Part shown: piece by piece, positions 61,276-64,000 of the stretch
Layout: each line of letters opens with the position of its first letter
Position numbering within the stretch: the stretch's first letter is position 1
Assembly (NCBI GenBank): GCA_048128005.1
Contig: JBEUKZ010000139.1
Span: 62,001 to 126,000 of the forward strand
Direction: 5' to 3'
DNA length: 64,000 nucleotides
From: Veleropilina oligotropha
Lineage: Eukaryota
Program-made: the position numbers and the translations under genes
Notes under the pieces: model-generated
Databases searched by the model: none
The model's input: only the letters and a program-made list of their open reading frames with translations
Told to the model about the DNA's origin: nothing

Positions 61276-63568
61276 AGGCTTTCAGTCGATCTACAAAATT
61301 TTCAGCGACAGAATTGGGCAAAGTACTTTCAGACAATTTGACTTTGGATATGTTCTGCTGCATTATTTCAAGGAAAAAATTGAATCAGAAGATAGGGCCT
61401 ACTAAGTAGAACCAGTCCCCTTATAATAATATGAGGAAATTGTTCGAATTAATCTTTTATATTCTATGAAATCCGAAATTTCTTTATCAATGTGCTTTAC
61501 TGATATTGGTATTGAAATTGTGGCTTAATATCACGTTTAACATATACGTTCGTTTTGGGATATGTCAATATATCATCGTTGGAGGAAACACCGGAATACC
61601 CGATCTCGAATCTATAATATGAATAAGCACAGTCAGTGCAAGTGGTTCTGGAGCAACTTACTAACCCACTGCAATACTTGATAAAAGCGCACTGGCATGG
61701 CATTAATGTTATTAGTCACATTAAGATCCTAATATGTAAATTTTACAGAAGTATAGAGCGTGCCAACTGAATCATTTGTCTTCTTTAAAATGGAAACAAA
61801 TGATATGTACCACAATGACAGTTTCATGCCATGTTAACAACTTGATGATAGAGTGTTATACACTATATGGGCCAGAATTCCTTTAACTGTCCATTTTGGC
61901 ATCTACTTTTTGTCGCAAACAAAAGGTGTTAAATAGTGGATAATTATACATAATTTGAAAGTATTAGTATCCACAAACCACGTCCCAAAAAATCAGGACT
62001 CGGGCGTGATTCTTTTACCCCGAATCACTATGTGCAAGAAGTCCTTGTCTGTTTAGATGTGTTATCCTTTACAATGTGTAATCTAATATGAACGTTGGTG
62101 ATTCTAACAGTCTAATAATGATAACCTCAAGCAATCGCTTTATACATATTACTTTATAAATTTGCTTGTAAAAAACCCTAAAAATGAATACTAATGTATC
62201 AAACATTCTATATGAAATGACTGAAGTGTCCAACATGTAATATATTGTTTTCAAATGCAGAATAACCATACAACTTTCGCTTAATGTCAAAATCTAGGAA
62301 CAGGCTTGGTAAAATTATAAATAATATGATATATAGCATTATCCTAATGCCGATTAGGTCAGGCATATTTGATTGTTTTGGACTAGTCTTGGAATGTGCT
62401 CACACGTCTCAATAAAATATTACAAAATGTAAAGGAGAACACGTCAGTAAATAATTTTAATGTATTCTTTATATACTCGGTATTTTTAAATCAGTGATCC
62501 ATTGCCATGGTATATTTTTGCAGGTTGATTGATTCCACTACATTTATTGCAGTTTTATAATGCTGAACACATAAATCATTACAATAAATCATATCAAATA
62601 ACCATTATCTATATAATTTGAGAGGAATTTGCTGTTTGAATGGATTTCAAAAATTAGAACACATGATTGTTTAATGAGATATGCAAACCTAATCGTGTGC
62701 CTTGTTCTTTAGAATAACAGGCATTATTCAATGTTTTATTCAGCATGTAGATGAACACTATTGCAAATAAAAAGTGTAAAGGAGAACACCAAATTATTGT
62801 TATCTCAAAAATGGATATTTCTAGAGGGAAAAAGTACAGTTTAAAGTTTTTAAGCTAGTCGGGAATTGAGCTGTGAACATCCGACTAGAAAATCAGACCA
62901 GCTAGCTCATCGATGCAATATGTAACATATTCAATGGACACAAAGAGTTTGTCTCGTTGCTGTGGCCATTTAATGTTGTTTAAGTTTGCATTTGTGTACT
63001 TCGTGAAGTTGACGTTTATATGTTGTTGTTTTTGGTGGACATGGCAACAACGAATGAATAAGAAGGAAAGGCCTTGCATATAACCGAACAGTGAGGATGA
63101 GATCCTTGTGTCGTCTTGCGCTCATTGTCACTGCAACAATTGGTCCATCGGCCAGATGAGTGGGAGGAATAGATCGATCTTTGTGGACGTGGTTATAATC
63201 TGGAAATCTAAGCTAAAATTAAATACGTCAACTAGATGTGCCGGATGGAATATCATAACAAGGGCGTCGTTACATATTCCATGAAATTGTATCCTTGCAA
63301 CTTTAACCTCATCTTATCATCTGAATTTTTGAAACTTAAATCTCAACATGACCTCTGAATCCATGAAATTTAAACATCAACATGCATCTGAATTTATGAA
63401 AATAAATTCTCAAGTTAACCTAATAGTCCTTAAACTTTGACTTTGGCAGGCCGGAATAGGTGATCACTATATATTTCTAAGGGACCCAATAAAACTATGA
63501 TTGGTTTATTTGCATGCTTATGTGATCTACGGTAGATATTGATCGGTTTTTTTTGCAGCTGCTTATTG

Positions 63569-63903
63569 GGTGCTCTTTCGGTACTTCCCCCACAGCTCCG
63601 GCTTTTATCATATTTAAGGAGCTCCGGCTTGTATTCGTCTTAAAATTTGCACACTCCGCATATTGTCTGCTACTAAAGGCAAATGCAGCTTACGATGAGA
63701 TACACGTGATGGGTACGTAGTTGTATTGGCTTTACAAACGTATATACACCGGACCGCCCCGTGAGCCTGGACTGACCGAGGTTCACCTGTTGCTAGTCCC
63801 CATGGATTTAACATTAACGACGCGTCCAAAGTCGGAGATGAAAAACCGGATTTCCAAAGTTGAGTAAAAGCCGGAGCTGTGGGGGAAGTACCGAAAGAGC
63901 GCC
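63569..63903. mobile_element. MITE with ~39-bp TIRs and 8-bp TSD (Merlin-like)
   Basis: GG(T/C)GCTCTTTCGGTACTTCCCCCACAGCTCCGGCTTTTA at both ends, inverted; TSD GCTTATTG at 63561-63568 and 63904-63911. Confidence 0.85.
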
Positions 63904-64000
63904 GCTTATTGCTATATATATATATACTGCCAATAGGCATACTGTTATGAACACACACACATTATTACCAAGCATACCTATTGTGTTTAACGTCAAGACT

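Noticed and set aside
62885..63200. Possible terminal exon on the minus strand (acceptor TTTCCAG near 63200)
   Set aside because: No recognisable domain or partner exon; cannot be supported from sequence alone.

Overview
AT-rich, intron-containing animal DNA that is almost entirely nested mobile elements; the repeat repertoire suggests a marine invertebrate, probably a mollusc (inference). It holds a near-intact L2/CR1-group LINE (2136-7610) and a 12.4-kb hAT-type transposon (8792-21226, 7-bp TSD) nested in a MITE with a 5-bp TSD. That transposon carries a 169-bp satellite and a 5'-truncated transposase ending in a Spindlin (Spin/Ssty)-like Tudor domain. Also present are a full-length but frameshifted DIRS retrotransposon (47893-55188), Tc1, RTE, CR1 and hAT remnants, Harbinger-, Merlin- and Helentron-type non-autonomous elements, and many tRNA-derived SINEs. 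Host genes are a TRIM-like gene (RING + B-box), a C2H2 zinc-finger gene and a C2H2 zinc-finger pseudogene. Two signals stand out. First, three to five elements with no evident sequence similarity share one architecture: an ATAGAG terminus, a long terminal hairpin whose recurring mismatches are tandem GA.GA pairs, and a body bounded by 11-13-bp inverted repeats; one copy retains a Crypton-like tyrosine-recombinase C-terminus. Second, a putative histone-methyl reader domain is fused to a hAT-like transposase. All family assignments are by visual motif recognition; no searches were run.
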